Source: a virus (Duplodnaviria; Heunggongvirae; Uroviricota; Caudoviricetes). From it: 64,000 nt of DNA. Location of the stretch: the IMG/VR virus record IMGVR_UViG_3300031413_000001, one strand, 5' to 3'. The position numbers and the translations under genes were made by a program. Below the pieces are notes generated by a model, which saw only the letters and a list, made by a program, of their open reading frames with translations, did not search any database and had not been told where the DNA came from. This document shows, piece after piece, positions 9,470-19,191 of this stretch; position 1 is the first letter of the stretch; every line of letters starts with the position of its first letter.

Positions 9470-9964
9470 ATGAAAGATTCCCTTCGAACAATTCTAAAGC
9501 TCGCCTTTTTGGTATTTGGTCTGATCGGCCTCTACATTATTATCAATGGCGTCGTAGTTTCTGTGAACGCTAACGTGCAGGAAACACGCGACAATAATGC
9601 GGGCGCCAACATCATCATGAGCAGCATTAGCCGCGAACCATTTGGCGATCGTATCGCGGAAGTAAAGCGCGGTGAGCAGGTCTTTTACAACCTGACGATC
9701 AAGCGCGTTGAAGGCAGTCCATGCTTCGTACAGACCAGCTGGCGCTGGGTTCTCCACATGCCAACCGGCAACAGTGTGATGTGGAACAACGATGATGGTC
9801 AGTTCTTTGCCGGTGACAAGAACGAGAACCTCGCACAAGCTATTCAAGTTCCAGCAAATCTGATTCCCGGCTCCTATACGTTGAGCCGACTCAGTGTCTT
9901 CAAGTGCGGAACCAATCAGGAGTTTGCCAGGACGGTGCGCGACGCACCCTTGATGGTAAAATAA
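9470..9964 (+). CDS. Hypothetical membrane-anchored protein
   Basis: N-terminal TM helix. Confidence 0.65.
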   Translation: MKDSLRTILKLAFLVFGLIGLYIIINGVVVSVNANVQETRDNNAGANIIMSSISREPFGDRIAEVKRGEQVFYNLTIKRVEGSPCFVQTSWRWVLHMPTGNSVMWNNDDGQFFAGDKNENLAQAIQVPANLIPGSYTLSRLSVFKCGTNQEFARTVRDAPLMVK

Positions 9965-10007
9965 TCAACTCTCTGGTTGACGTACTGAAGTTTCCACTAC
10001 ATAAGAG

Positions 10008-10172
10008 ATACATGGAAAGGCGCCGGTCGGTTGTTGCAACAACTCCGGTACTACTAAGCTGGAGACGCAACCCGAGCGGTCCCCGGTCGAAGATAGGTGG
10101 CAAGAGTAGAAGAGGGATGAGCCACCCGCTTTCCAGACAGTTTCCGATGCTGATACACGTTGTATCAGCAGA
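10008..10172 (+). ncRNA. Candidate structured ncRNA with its own promoter and terminator
   Basis: tggaaag/ctttcca, gttgttgcaacaac, ggtggc/gccacc, tgctgataca/tgtatcagca. Confidence 0.45.
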
Positions 10173-10175
10173 CCT

Positions 10176-10211
10176 AACCCCGGAGGGCTAAGGCTTTCCG
10201 GGGTTCTTTTT
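10176..10211 (+). terminator. Rho-independent terminator
   Basis: aaccccgga...tccggggtt followed by a T run. Confidence 0.7.
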
Positions 10212-10263
10212 GTTCTTGTGACTTTGGCTTTTGGTGCTATGTTGGTGCATCAGAGGAGATCGT

Positions 10264-11835
10264 ATGGCAGACATCAAAAAGGGCGACTGGATCAAGGTTC
10301 CCAAGGGTTCCCACCTGATCCGGGACTATGGCAAGGGTCATTATGGTGAGGGCGAAAAGCCCACCAGTCGTGATGTGACGGTTCAGGTCAGTGACGTCGT
10401 TGAGCTGGACATCTACTATGCTAGAAAGCATGGTGATCCCGAGTTGTTCAAGGCCTATGACAGAATCTGTTATGCCAATCCCTACGCCAACACCTACGGC
10501 GGCGACATCACGGACGAGACGCGCGAGCAGCATCGGGCAAATATCAAGGCAGCGCGGGATACAGTTCTAGCCAGCATTCCCGGCCAGCCCAAGAACATCA
10601 TCTGCTGGAGCAACGGAAACAAGGCCGTCCTGGACTCCGTTCCGGAATTGGTACCTGCTCCTCCGCCTAAGAAAAAGGCAGTAGTCAAAGTCAACAAGCG
10701 CCAGATGATGGTCCCCGGCAGTCGCTGGAAAGTCACCGAGGACGTGACGATCCGCTATCAGCATGCCAACCCCGTGGTCATCCAGGGCGAAGCTGACTGG
10801 GAAGCTGCCAATCCTCGTCCATGGAATCAGCCTCACGGCACCATGGATCAGGATATGGCGTGGCGTGATCTCCTGTTCGCAGAGCGCCAGCGTCTTCGCG
10901 ATCTGCATGGCGAGCATATCACGCTGGATCATCTGGTCCTCAAGGCCGGCGATATCGTGAAGGTCGACGGAAAGTTCCTGTCCAGCTGGAACCCCGGAAC
11001 GTCCTACTTTACCGAGTATGTCAGCAACGTGGTTCCCATGGTTCGTGAAGGTCACGGCACCAAACAGTGGGGCGTTGAGTACAAGCAAATCGAACCCTTC
11101 ATCGAGGCGGAAGAGATTCCCACCGTGAAGGCATTCGTGCTCCGCTACAAGCCCACTGGTCTTTTCTACAAGGCCAACGATTGGGACTATGAGAACCGGG
11201 TGGACAAGAGTGTCAAGGGCCAGCAGATGGTCGACACGTTCATGAAGGGCAAAAAGTGGGACAATCTTGGCAAGGCCAAGACCAGCATCCTGATGATGAC
11301 CGGCTACTATGATGGTCTGCCGGGCGCCGACGAGGCCCTGCCCGACTGGAGCGGCGGTGGCGCAACCTTCGACATGAACGATGACTGGGAATTGGTGGAG
11401 TTCGACAAGCTGGCCCGGAAGGAAGTCGGCGTGGTCACTGAGTTCCAGGACTGGTTCAAGCGTAGCTGGGAATTACGCGCACTCACGGTCAAGTATGGCA
11501 GCGCAGTCCGGACAGTCTACAAGGCACTGGAAAAGTCCGGAAAGCTGGACGACCAAAAGGGCATGGTGGTCTTCACGGTGACCGACAAGGAAGCCCTCGA
11601 CATGGTGGGCTACTGGGACAAGAAGACCGCACTGACCGACGAGGACAAGGCGGAAATCGAACTCGCAACGGCTTCCATGAAAAAGGGAAGCTTCAAAAAG
11701 GCCATCGATCACAAGAGCATGGCCGTCAGCTTTACCAACAAGAGCAGCGCGCTGATGTTCAAGCTCAGCTACGCAGGCAACTTGAAGCTGACCGTACTGG
11801 ATCTCGAGGAAATGAAGGAAGCGGTTGATGGCTGA
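10264..11835 (+). CDS. Large hypothetical protein
   Basis: 523 aa from ATG after an aggag RBS. Confidence 0.75.
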   Translation: MADIKKGDWIKVPKGSHLIRDYGKGHYGEGEKPTSRDVTVQVSDVVELDIYYARKHGDPELFKAYDRICYANPYANTYGGDITDETREQHRANIKAARDTVLASIPGQPKNIICWSNGNKAVLDSVPELVPAPPPKKKAVVKVNKRQMMVPGSRWKVTEDVTIRYQHANPVVIQGEADWEAANPRPWNQPHGTMDQDMAWRDLLFAERQRLRDLHGEHITLDHLVLKAGDIVKVDGKFLSSWNPGTSYFTEYVSNVVPMVREGHGTKQWGVEYKQIEPFIEAEEIPTVKAFVLRYKPTGLFYKANDWDYENRVDKSVKGQQMVDTFMKGKKWDNLGKAKTSILMMTGYYDGLPGADEALPDWSGGGATFDMNDDWELVEFDKLARKEVGVVTEFQDWFKRSWELRALTVKYGSAVRTVYKALEKSGKLDDQKGMVVFTVTDKEALDMVGYWDKKTALTDEDKAEIELATASMKKGSFKKAIDHKSMAVSFTNKSSALMFKLSYAGNLKLTVLDLEEMKEAVDG

Positions 11836-12271
11836 TATTCAATACACGGAAGCTGGCGTCCTCTTTGGGGGCCAGCTGGTTTCCTGGGAAGATCTGGAAG
11901 CGCAGCGGAATCAGTTCCGCTTTATGCGCTCCGTGCTGGTGAAGATTTCCTTCACGTATGGGCGACAGGACTTCCAGGACGCAGAGATCTATGATGCCGA
12001 GGAATGGCACAAGCTGCGGGAAACTGTCCGCGGCTTGAATGTCTTCTTCAGCGATTTCGCGGGCAAGCATAGCGAGGTCTCGCTCGATCTCTTCAAGACC
12101 GTTGAGCTGGAAGAGATCACCAACTTGGATGAGATCATCGAGTTCCATCGCGTCTATGGTTTCGTCAATCACGATCTGGGCATCATCGAAGCTGCCCTGG
12201 AACAGGGTCGGGAAAATGGCGATATCGACCATGATGGCAATCGCGTGTCCGAGGAAGACCCCTCGGAGTGA
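11828..12271 (+). CDS. Hypothetical protein
   Basis: ORF overlapping both neighbours. Confidence 0.7.
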   Translation: MADIQYTEAGVLFGGQLVSWEDLEAQRNQFRFMRSVLVKISFTYGRQDFQDAEIYDAEEWHKLRETVRGLNVFFSDFAGKHSEVSLDLFKTVELEEITNLDEIIEFHRVYGFVNHDLGIIEAALEQGRENGDIDHDGNRVSEEDPSE

Positions 12272-12534
12272 GCTATATCGATCAACCCTCTGATAGCAAG
12301 ATCAGCTATCTGATGCTGGGGATCATCTTTCTTCTGATCATGATGGCAGTTGGCTTGATCGCCAACCAGCCCGAGCCAACTGTTGAGCTGACAGTCAAGG
12401 ACTGGCGCTGCATCAGCAGTCACGTGGAAGATGATCCCACGGGTGTCTACATTCCCGATGGCATCTACTTTGAAATCCCAGGCAAAAAGAATGTCTGTGA
12501 CCACTGGATCCGGCGTCTCTCTCCAAATAAATAG
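12268..12534 (+). CDS. Hypothetical membrane protein
   Basis: Single TM helix. Confidence 0.55.
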   Translation: MSYIDQPSDSKISYLMLGIIFLLIMMAVGLIANQPEPTVELTVKDWRCISSHVEDDPTGVYIPDGIYFEIPGKKNVCDHWIRRLSPNK

Positions 12535-12549
12535 CTGTAGTTAATACAG

Positions 12550-13017
12550 TTGGAGGGCAACGTGCGGGCCAGTGAGTTCTTGTATGAAGATCATCGAACC
12601 AAAATCCAAAAGTTGGAAGAGCTGATCGATCACCCCTCCACGGAGGAAACCATCCGTAGTGTGGCGCGCAGTCGTTTGAAGATCCTGCAGCAGCATCAGC
12701 TTGCGATTGTGCCCATTGAGCCCCCAGCGCGTATCACGGTGCCCGTCAACATCAGTGAGAGTGACCTAGACACGTACTTCGTACCGGGCATCAAATTGGG
12801 CTATCTCTATGATGGTCTTTGCAACTTGAGCCCAGCACCCAACAACATTCGATTCCTGCGTCAGGGTCAGATCCAGATGATGGTTCCTCCACCCTTTATG
12901 GGCAAGACCAAGATCCAGTATTTGAAAGAGATCAACGCGGTCACCATTGGCGCTCTCCACATTGACAGCAAGATGGTCGAAGGTCACGGCTACTCTTTTA
13001 CCATCTCATACGTGTGA
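12550..13017 (+). CDS. Hypothetical protein
   Basis: 155 aa ORF. Confidence 0.55.
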   Translation: MEGNVRASEFLYEDHRTKIQKLEELIDHPSTEETIRSVARSRLKILQQHQLAIVPIEPPARITVPVNISESDLDTYFVPGIKLGYLYDGLCNLSPAPNNIRFLRQGQIQMMVPPPFMGKTKIQYLKEINAVTIGALHIDSKMVEGHGYSFTISYV

Positions 13018-13040
13018 CTGGTTGACATTTCCCCTCACCT

Positions 13041-13721
13041 ATGTTCAAAGAGAGCATAGACAGTGAGGAGAATCTAGTGGGTAAGTTCCAGAAAAAGTTG
13101 ATGACGCTTCGGGTGGCGCTCACTAACGCCAAATACTTCCACGCCCTTCGTGCCCTGGAATTTGCTCACAAACATCATACCGGCCTCCGCAAGGATGGAA
13201 TTACTCCGGAATTCCAGCATCAGGTCGAGATCTCGCTGTTTGCGCTGACCCTCCCTGATCTCATGTATCGCGAGGAAGTGATCGCGACCATCCTGCTCCA
13301 CGATGTGCGGGAAGACTACGGCGTCTCGGATTCAGAGATTCGCTTGCTATTCTTCAACGATGCTGATTTTTCAGCCCGTGTTGCTAATGCGGTCGAGAAC
13401 ATGACCAAAGAGTTCCGCGGAGTGAAGAAGGACGAGCAGGCCCTCTTCGACGCAATGGCGCAGGATCCCATTGCCAGCATCGCAAAGGGTTGCGATCGGA
13501 TGCACAACCTGCAAAGCATGGTGGGTGTGTTCAAGCTGGAGAAGCAGAAGGAATACATCCGCGAGGTCCACGACCTCTTCTTCCCGATGCTGAAGAAGGC
13601 TCGCCGGACGTTTACGTACCAGATCATGGCTTACGAGAACATCAAGCACATCCTGCAGTCGCAGATCCAACTCCTGGAGGCCATCCACGAGGCAATGGAA
13701 ACTGCCCAGCCGGCCGACTAA
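13041..13721 (+). CDS. RelA/SpoT-type HD-domain hydrolase ((p)ppGpp hydrolase-like)
   Basis: HTGLRKDGITPEFQH, LLHDVRED, KGCDRMHNL. Confidence 0.85.
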   Translation: MFKESIDSEENLVGKFQKKLMTLRVALTNAKYFHALRALEFAHKHHTGLRKDGITPEFQHQVEISLFALTLPDLMYREEVIATILLHDVREDYGVSDSEIRLLFFNDADFSARVANAVENMTKEFRGVKKDEQALFDAMAQDPIASIAKGCDRMHNLQSMVGVFKLEKQKEYIREVHDLFFPMLKKARRTFTYQIMAYENIKHILQSQIQLLEAIHEAMETAQPAD

Positions 13722-13810
13722 AATATAGACAATCACTGGGGCGTCCTTTTATGTAAAGGGACGCTCTAGTCATATCAGCTGAGCCAGATCGAACAACCTG
13801 GTGAGGCACT

Positions 13811-14518
13811 ATGACGGAAGAAGTAACGGCAACGGCAGCCCCGGCAATCAACCTGGATACCTATACGGGTCGTGAGCTGAGCTTGAGTTTCTACAGTTTC
13901 AAAAAGGGTGATCCCAAGGAGCGCGAATACCAGGCGGTCCGGAAGGATATCGAGGACAAGCTGGCCAAGGGCGAGCCAGTCTACGTGACATTCAGCGATG
14001 AGCGACGTGAGCATTCCGTTGGCCGCATCAAGTCCGTGGACTTTTCCTACAGTGAGCGACAGCATCGCAGCTATTACAGCCAGGGCGCCGGTGACACTTA
14101 CTGCTATGCCAGTTTGGAAAACATCGTAGTGGTGTGGGATGGGCGTTCCAACAAGGTAAAGCCACAGCCTGGTGAGATCACCTACTGGCCTGATTGGAAT
14201 CAGGGAACTCAGTGGTACTGGGAGCAGAACGTCCGCCCCAAGGTTGAGCCCATTATTGCCTACGACCACTTGGGTCAGCAGCTGGAAGTTGGTCAGAACG
14301 TCTGCTTTGTTCACCGCAGCTATGGCCAGGCATCCATGCACTTTGGTACAGTGACGCGCTTTACCAAGATGGGAACCGTGTTCGTCAAGACGATGAAGCT
14401 CAAGGACGGCGATTACCGGGCTGGAAGTGAGCTCAAGGCCAACAGCATGGAGGACGTCGTTATTGTCAACGATGCCCTGATGAAGCGCCTCGTAATGGCC
14501 AAGCTGGCAGCAAACTAA
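13811..14518 (+). CDS. Hypothetical protein, paralog family A
   Basis: DHLGQQLEVGQ...VMAKLAAN shared with the next genes. Confidence 0.75.
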   Translation: MTEEVTATAAPAINLDTYTGRELSLSFYSFKKGDPKEREYQAVRKDIEDKLAKGEPVYVTFSDERREHSVGRIKSVDFSYSERQHRSYYSQGAGDTYCYASLENIVVVWDGRSNKVKPQPGEITYWPDWNQGTQWYWEQNVRPKVEPIIAYDHLGQQLEVGQNVCFVHRSYGQASMHFGTVTRFTKMGTVFVKTMKLKDGDYRAGSELKANSMEDVVIVNDALMKRLVMAKLAAN

Positions 14519-15222
14519 TGGCCTTTACTCGCATTCCTCTAAAGGCCAATGGCCGGAACATGACGGCTTTCAAGCATGACCAGCAGAACCTCGCTGACAT
14601 GCTCAAGCTCTACTTGAGTGGCGAGCCTGTCTATATTGAACTATCCGCGGAGCCCATGAGGGTTGGTGCGATCGCCCGTCTAAAGCTGGAAGATGATGTA
14701 ATTCAGGATCTCCTGCATGGAGAAGTGGATCGTCATCGCTGGTATGGAAGCCGGACAGCGGTTCGCCAGCGTATTGAGCCCAAGCCCGAGAACGTTGTGG
14801 TTGAGAACATGGGCAAGATCAACATCAACGGCTCAGCGGTGTGGGATGGTCGAAAGAACCGCGTCAACTATCTCTCGGGCTGGAACATGAACTGGCTCAA
14901 GGGACATGAGGGCGGAACCGTTTGGGTCTATCAGAAGGTCCAGGTTCCCAAGGTTGTGGCCAAGGACAAGCTGGATCGTGAGATCAAGGTCAACGATTTC
15001 ATCTCCTACATCTTGTATCAGTTCGATGGTGAGGGCGCCGCAGGTATCTACTATGGCAAGGTCACCAAGGTGGATGATGATGGAAGCGTGTGGGCCAAGA
15101 ACATCAAGCTGAAGAGTGATGACAAGCAGGCCGAGAAGAGGATCCACCACAACGGCTTGATCGTTATCATGACCAAGGATCTAATGGATCAGTTGATGCT
15201 GGCAAAGCTGAGCTCCTTGTAA
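14518..15222 (+). CDS. Hypothetical protein, paralog family A
   Basis: DKLDREIKVND...LMLAKLSSL. Confidence 0.75.
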   Translation: MAFTRIPLKANGRNMTAFKHDQQNLADMLKLYLSGEPVYIELSAEPMRVGAIARLKLEDDVIQDLLHGEVDRHRWYGSRTAVRQRIEPKPENVVVENMGKININGSAVWDGRKNRVNYLSGWNMNWLKGHEGGTVWVYQKVQVPKVVAKDKLDREIKVNDFISYILYQFDGEGAAGIYYGKVTKVDDDGSVWAKNIKLKSDDKQAEKRIHHNGLIVIMTKDLMDQLMLAKLSSL

Positions 15223-15275
15223 AGTGGTTGACTACTGGAGCCCGGCAAGTAAGCTGGCTCCAGTAAGGAGACGTC

Positions 15276-15626
15276 ATGAACAAGTTTCTCGTAATGATTC
15301 CTGCACTGGCACTCGTGGCATGTGGGCAGCCCATGATCCGCGATGGTGATCTGCAGGCAAAGCTGAAGACGCTGGGCTACACCAAGGTGCTCATCCGTCC
15401 CGGCAAGCTGAACTGCGGTCAGTTCGGCAAGGGAAAGCACTTTCTCGGCACCCGCAAGGATGGCATGAAGGTCATCGGTCAGATCTGCTATCGCAAGGCA
15501 GAGCGCGACGTTCAGTACAACGTGGCGATCAACCAGGAACTGGGCAAGGGCGGCGGCCCGGTGAGCACCGAGACCAAGGGTGATACCAAGGGTCAGCTCA
15601 ACGTTCCCAACCCTTGGAAGAAGTGA
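15276..15626 (+). CDS. Putative lipoprotein
   Basis: Lipobox LVAC; aggag RBS. Confidence 0.7.
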   Translation: MNKFLVMIPALALVACGQPMIRDGDLQAKLKTLGYTKVLIRPGKLNCGQFGKGKHFLGTRKDGMKVIGQICYRKAERDVQYNVAINQELGKGGGPVSTETKGDTKGQLNVPNPWKK

Positions 15627-15931
15627 CCGACGAAGCAACCCCGGAGAGGACCAAACTTCTCCGGGGAAAGCGTTGGCCCAAAGATCGCAATGGTCAAGAG
15701 ATCGACGTTGGTGACTTCCTCTTGTTTGTCTACTGGGGTGGATATCCCACGGCATCCATTGGGCAAGTTATCAAGGTTGGCAAAACGGGAAAGGTCACTG
15801 CCCGTATTGTCAAGCTGGGAAACCGCGATGATGGCAGCGAGCAGGAGATCAAAGAATGCACGACAACGACCAAGTTGAGCCAGAACATGATCAGCGCCCT
15901 GACGCTGGACAAGCTCGCAAGGGTCGACTAA
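15623..15931 (+). CDS. Hypothetical protein, paralog family A
   Basis: DRNGQEIDVGD...LTLDKLARVD. Confidence 0.7.
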   Translation: MTDEATPERTKLLRGKRWPKDRNGQEIDVGDFLLFVYWGGYPTASIGQVIKVGKTGKVTARIVKLGNRDDGSEQEIKECTTTTKLSQNMISALTLDKLARVD

Positions 15932-16146
15932 AGAGCATTCTCTGGACAGTCCTCTGGGCCTGCATTATGTTCTACAGCGGGTTTAGCACCCGTGGCTCCA
16001 TTGATGCACGTGATATACGAAAGCAACAGGATATCACCACAGAGTGCATCGGCGTTCTAAAGGGGTTCATTGCTGGCCGGCACAGCTACGGCGTCCGTGA
16101 CAAAGATGTTGACAAGGGCAACACCCTAATTTAAGATACAGGTATT

Positions 16147-16233
16147 GGACAGGTGGGTGAGCGGTTTAAACCACTCCCTTGCTAAGGGAACGTAGGGGAA
16201 ACTCTACCGTGGGTTCGAATCCCACCCTGTCCG
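16147..16233 (+). tRNA. tRNA-Ser(GCT)
   Basis: ggacagg/cctgtcc acceptor, ttgctaa loop, long variable arm. Confidence 0.85.
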
Positions 16234-16260
16234 CTCACAGATCGAACAAACGTAGGATCT

Positions 16261-16680
16261 GTGATGTATCAGGACATTGTCCCCGGCTATCGGGTCCAGG
16301 TAACGACCTGGGAAAACGATTGCGACAATTACAACACTGAAGCTATTGATGGCTTGGACGAAAACGACGTCCGCTTCGTGCTTCACGTCTGCAAGCTCTT
16401 CGACCGCCACCAAAGCAATTCACTTGGAAATGAGGACCTTCACGGTGAGGCATTCGTGCTCGCCCTGCAAGTTCATCTAACCAACTTTGAGGGTACGATC
16501 CCCGAGGATTGGATTCCCGACAAGGACCTCGACGACGAGGAAATCCAATACTTTTACGGCGACATGCTGAGCCTGATTGGCATCAACAGCACAGAGTATG
16601 GCTACTGGCGCGTGTTCGATGACGCACAGGTTTACCTGGTCCCACAGCCCATTCAGAATGTGACAAAGAAGTTCAAGTGA
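16261..16680 (+). CDS. Hypothetical protein
   Basis: 139 aa acidic ORF. Confidence 0.7.
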   Translation: MMYQDIVPGYRVQVTTWENDCDNYNTEAIDGLDENDVRFVLHVCKLFDRHQSNSLGNEDLHGEAFVLALQVHLTNFEGTIPEDWIPDKDLDDEEIQYFYGDMLSLIGINSTEYGYWRVFDDAQVYLVPQPIQNVTKKFK

Positions 16681-17147
16681 GTAACGAGCTGGACTTTCCT
16701 CTCCGGATCTATGAAAAGGGTCCCGATGAGTTGGTGCTGCTGGTTGCCCACGAGGCTGCTGACTGGCACAATCGAGCGGCCCACAAGGCCAAGACCAACA
16801 AGACGCGGATGTTCTGCAACTGGCTTCGAAAGCAGTTTCCCGACGTTCCCACTGAGTTCCGCTACATGCGGAAGGAGCGCGTCCGGGATTACCGTTACCG
16901 TGGCTGGAGTGTTCGCTACAAGACCGTCAACAGTGACAAGCATTTTGTGGCTTATGGTCTCACAAAGAACCAACTGCTGATGATCAAGCTGGCCTGGGTT
17001 TACAAAACCCAGAATGTGAAGATTGAGGGCAAGGACAGCTACGGTACCGATGACGTGGTGTTTCCCTGGATTCCAGAGCCCACCGAGGAACTTCTCACGC
17101 GCTTGAAGAACAAAAAGAAGCCCACCAAAGCTCTGGAGGTTCTCTAA
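16677..17147 (+). CDS. Hypothetical protein, paralog family B
   Basis: YGLTKNQLLMIKLAW motif. Confidence 0.7.
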   Translation: MSNELDFPLRIYEKGPDELVLLVAHEAADWHNRAAHKAKTNKTRMFCNWLRKQFPDVPTEFRYMRKERVRDYRYRGWSVRYKTVNSDKHFVAYGLTKNQLLMIKLAWVYKTQNVKIEGKDSYGTDDVVFPWIPEPTEELLTRLKNKKKPTKALEVL

Positions 17148-17587
17148 TGGATCTCCATTACCCCATCCGTGTGTTGCATCGTGCCGACGGGCTGATCAAT
17201 TTCTACATCTTCCACCCCGCTGGTTACACATGGGGTGAGTACCGCACCTATGCAAATCAGAACAGAGCGCTGGTAAATTCCATTCGGTCGCAATGTCCTG
17301 AAGTGATGAATGAGATGCGACAGGTGCCCACGTACTATTATGACATACATGGAAATGCGCGGGACAATCACTTCTGCTTTTATGGTTTGACCAAAGCCCA
17401 GTATATGATGATAAAGCTGAGCTGGACTTTCAAGGAGATCAAGCTCAAGGCAAAGTTCAAGCCCAACGCCAATGGTGAGGTAGTGAACGATTACGTGGCC
17501 AAGGCTTATGTTCAGCCAAGTGAAGAGTGCAGGCTCCGATTCGCCAAGCCGGGCTACAAGCCAAAAGCATTGAAGATTCTCGGCTAA
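17147..17587 (+). CDS. Hypothetical protein, paralog family B
   Basis: YGLTKAQYMMIKLSW motif. Confidence 0.7.
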   Translation: MDLHYPIRVLHRADGLINFYIFHPAGYTWGEYRTYANQNRALVNSIRSQCPEVMNEMRQVPTYYYDIHGNARDNHFCFYGLTKAQYMMIKLSWTFKEIKLKAKFKPNANGEVVNDYVAKAYVQPSEECRLRFAKPGYKPKALKILG

Positions 17588-17669
17588 CCGTAATAAAATT
17601 GCGTTGAGTGCGCTTGATAGGCGTCCTCTAACGTGCTTGAATAACAATGTTGCAACGTAGGAGTAAGGT

Positions 17670-18005
17670 ATGACTGAACCACACCATCCCACTATCGTAG
17701 ACGCAATCGAGAACCGACTTCAGATCACTTTCCGCTACCACAGCGAGAACAGTCAGGAAGAAGAGCCCACTGTTCGTGTTGTGGAGCCCTGGGTCTATGG
17801 TTGCAAGAATGGCAAGGAAAGTCTCTACGGCTTTCAGGTCAGCGGCGGCTCCGAGGGGATGAAGCGTTACGATATGCGGCGTGTGAAGAGTGTGAGCCTG
17901 ACCGGTGAGCACATGGAGAACCATCCCACGGCGGCCGCGAACGTAACCAAGTGGGACAATATCTGGGCTTCAACGGGGCCGGTGCCGGCTGTCGTCACCG
18001 CATAG
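17670..18005 (+). CDS. Stand-alone WYL-domain protein
   Basis: ITFRY...RVVEPW...LYGFQ...KRYDMRRVKSV pattern. Confidence 0.7.
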   Translation: MTEPHHPTIVDAIENRLQITFRYHSENSQEEEPTVRVVEPWVYGCKNGKESLYGFQVSGGSEGMKRYDMRRVKSVSLTGEHMENHPTAAANVTKWDNIWASTGPVPAVVTA

Positions 18006-18058
18006 TTGCTCCCTAGAGCAAAGACTGGCTGGATGGAGAGTGATTTCCATCCAGCCTT

Positions 18059-18418
18059 TTGTTTGACAGACTGACAAGCTGGTACTACCTGCGCTCTATG
18101 CGTATTGGATTCAACATAGCGATCTTTGAAAACCACAACAAGTGGGGCAGCCTGTTCAGCAAGAGCGGCTCCACTCGTTGGCCCAACAAGCATTGGGAGA
18201 TCGAGGGCCATAGCTTTGGCTGGGGCAACCTTCTGGACTTTGAGTTCTCGTGGACTCGGAAGACCGATCATGCTGGCGTTCGACTCAAGCTGGGCCTGTT
18301 TGGCTACACCTTTGAGGGACAGCTCTATGATTCTCGACATTGGGACGAGGACACCAATGCGTGGCGCGTCTATGATGAAGCATACTTCAAGCGCCACGGA
18401 ATGCACAAGGATTCATGA
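18059..18418 (+). CDS. Hypothetical protein
   Basis: 119 aa ORF. Confidence 0.6.
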   Translation: MFDRLTSWYYLRSMRIGFNIAIFENHNKWGSLFSKSGSTRWPNKHWEIEGHSFGWGNLLDFEFSWTRKTDHAGVRLKLGLFGYTFEGQLYDSRHWDEDTNAWRVYDEAYFKRHGMHKDS

Positions 18419-19191
18419 TGATTCGGAGCTCGCTATTCTACATTGCCTACTGGCTGCTCAGTATCACCTACATTCTCTTTTGTGTGGTGGCCAGCATCAT
18501 TCCCGGAAAGCAAGTGACCACTTGGATGGTTCAGCGATACGCCCGGCGAATGGTTCAGGCAATGTACGTCTTCGCGGGCATCCGAGTAACCATCTTGGGA
18601 CAGGAACGGCTTCCCAAGGGTGCTTTCATCCTCGCTCCCAAGCATCAGAGCTGGGGAGACGGCTTTTGCAGCTTCAGCGCAGTCGATGATCTGGTGTTCG
18701 TCACCGGAAACCACCTGGAAAAGATCCCCTTGCTCAAGGGTGTCCTGAGCAAGATCGGTGCCATCGTGGTGGATAACTGCGGAGGCGGCAACAGCAAGGA
18801 AGACCTGAACCGTGGAGCCGATCGAGCCTTCGCGGAAGGCAAGCGGATACTGATCTACCCTGAGGGGCATCTTAGCAAGCCAGGAACGCATCACAGATAC
18901 CGTCTGGGCATCTGGGCGCTGTATAGTAGGCACAATGTTCCCGTGGTTCCAGCGGCCACCAATCTCGGCCACTATTGGCAGCAGACTGATTTCCTGAAGA
19001 AGCCAGGTCGCGCCGTAGTGGAATACCTGGAACCCATCATGCCCGGCCTGAGCAAACAGGAATTCATGAACCTCCTGGAAACGCGCATCGAGCTCAACAC
19101 GCAGATGTGGGCCATTGTGGCAACCGGTGACGCCAACTATCCCCCGAGCCAGATGGTTCACTTCGAAGGAGAGAAGACCCATGCTGGCTGA
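18415..19191 (+). CDS. plsC: 1-acyl-sn-glycerol-3-phosphate acyltransferase family (PlsC-like)
   Basis: KHQSWGD (HX4D) and IYPEG motifs. Confidence 0.9.
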   Translation: MMIRSSLFYIAYWLLSITYILFCVVASIIPGKQVTTWMVQRYARRMVQAMYVFAGIRVTILGQERLPKGAFILAPKHQSWGDGFCSFSAVDDLVFVTGNHLEKIPLLKGVLSKIGAIVVDNCGGGNSKEDLNRGADRAFAEGKRILIYPEGHLSKPGTHHRYRLGIWALYSRHNVPVVPAATNLGHYWQQTDFLKKPGRAVVEYLEPIMPGLSKQEFMNLLETRIELNTQMWAIVATGDANYPPSQMVHFEGEKTHAG

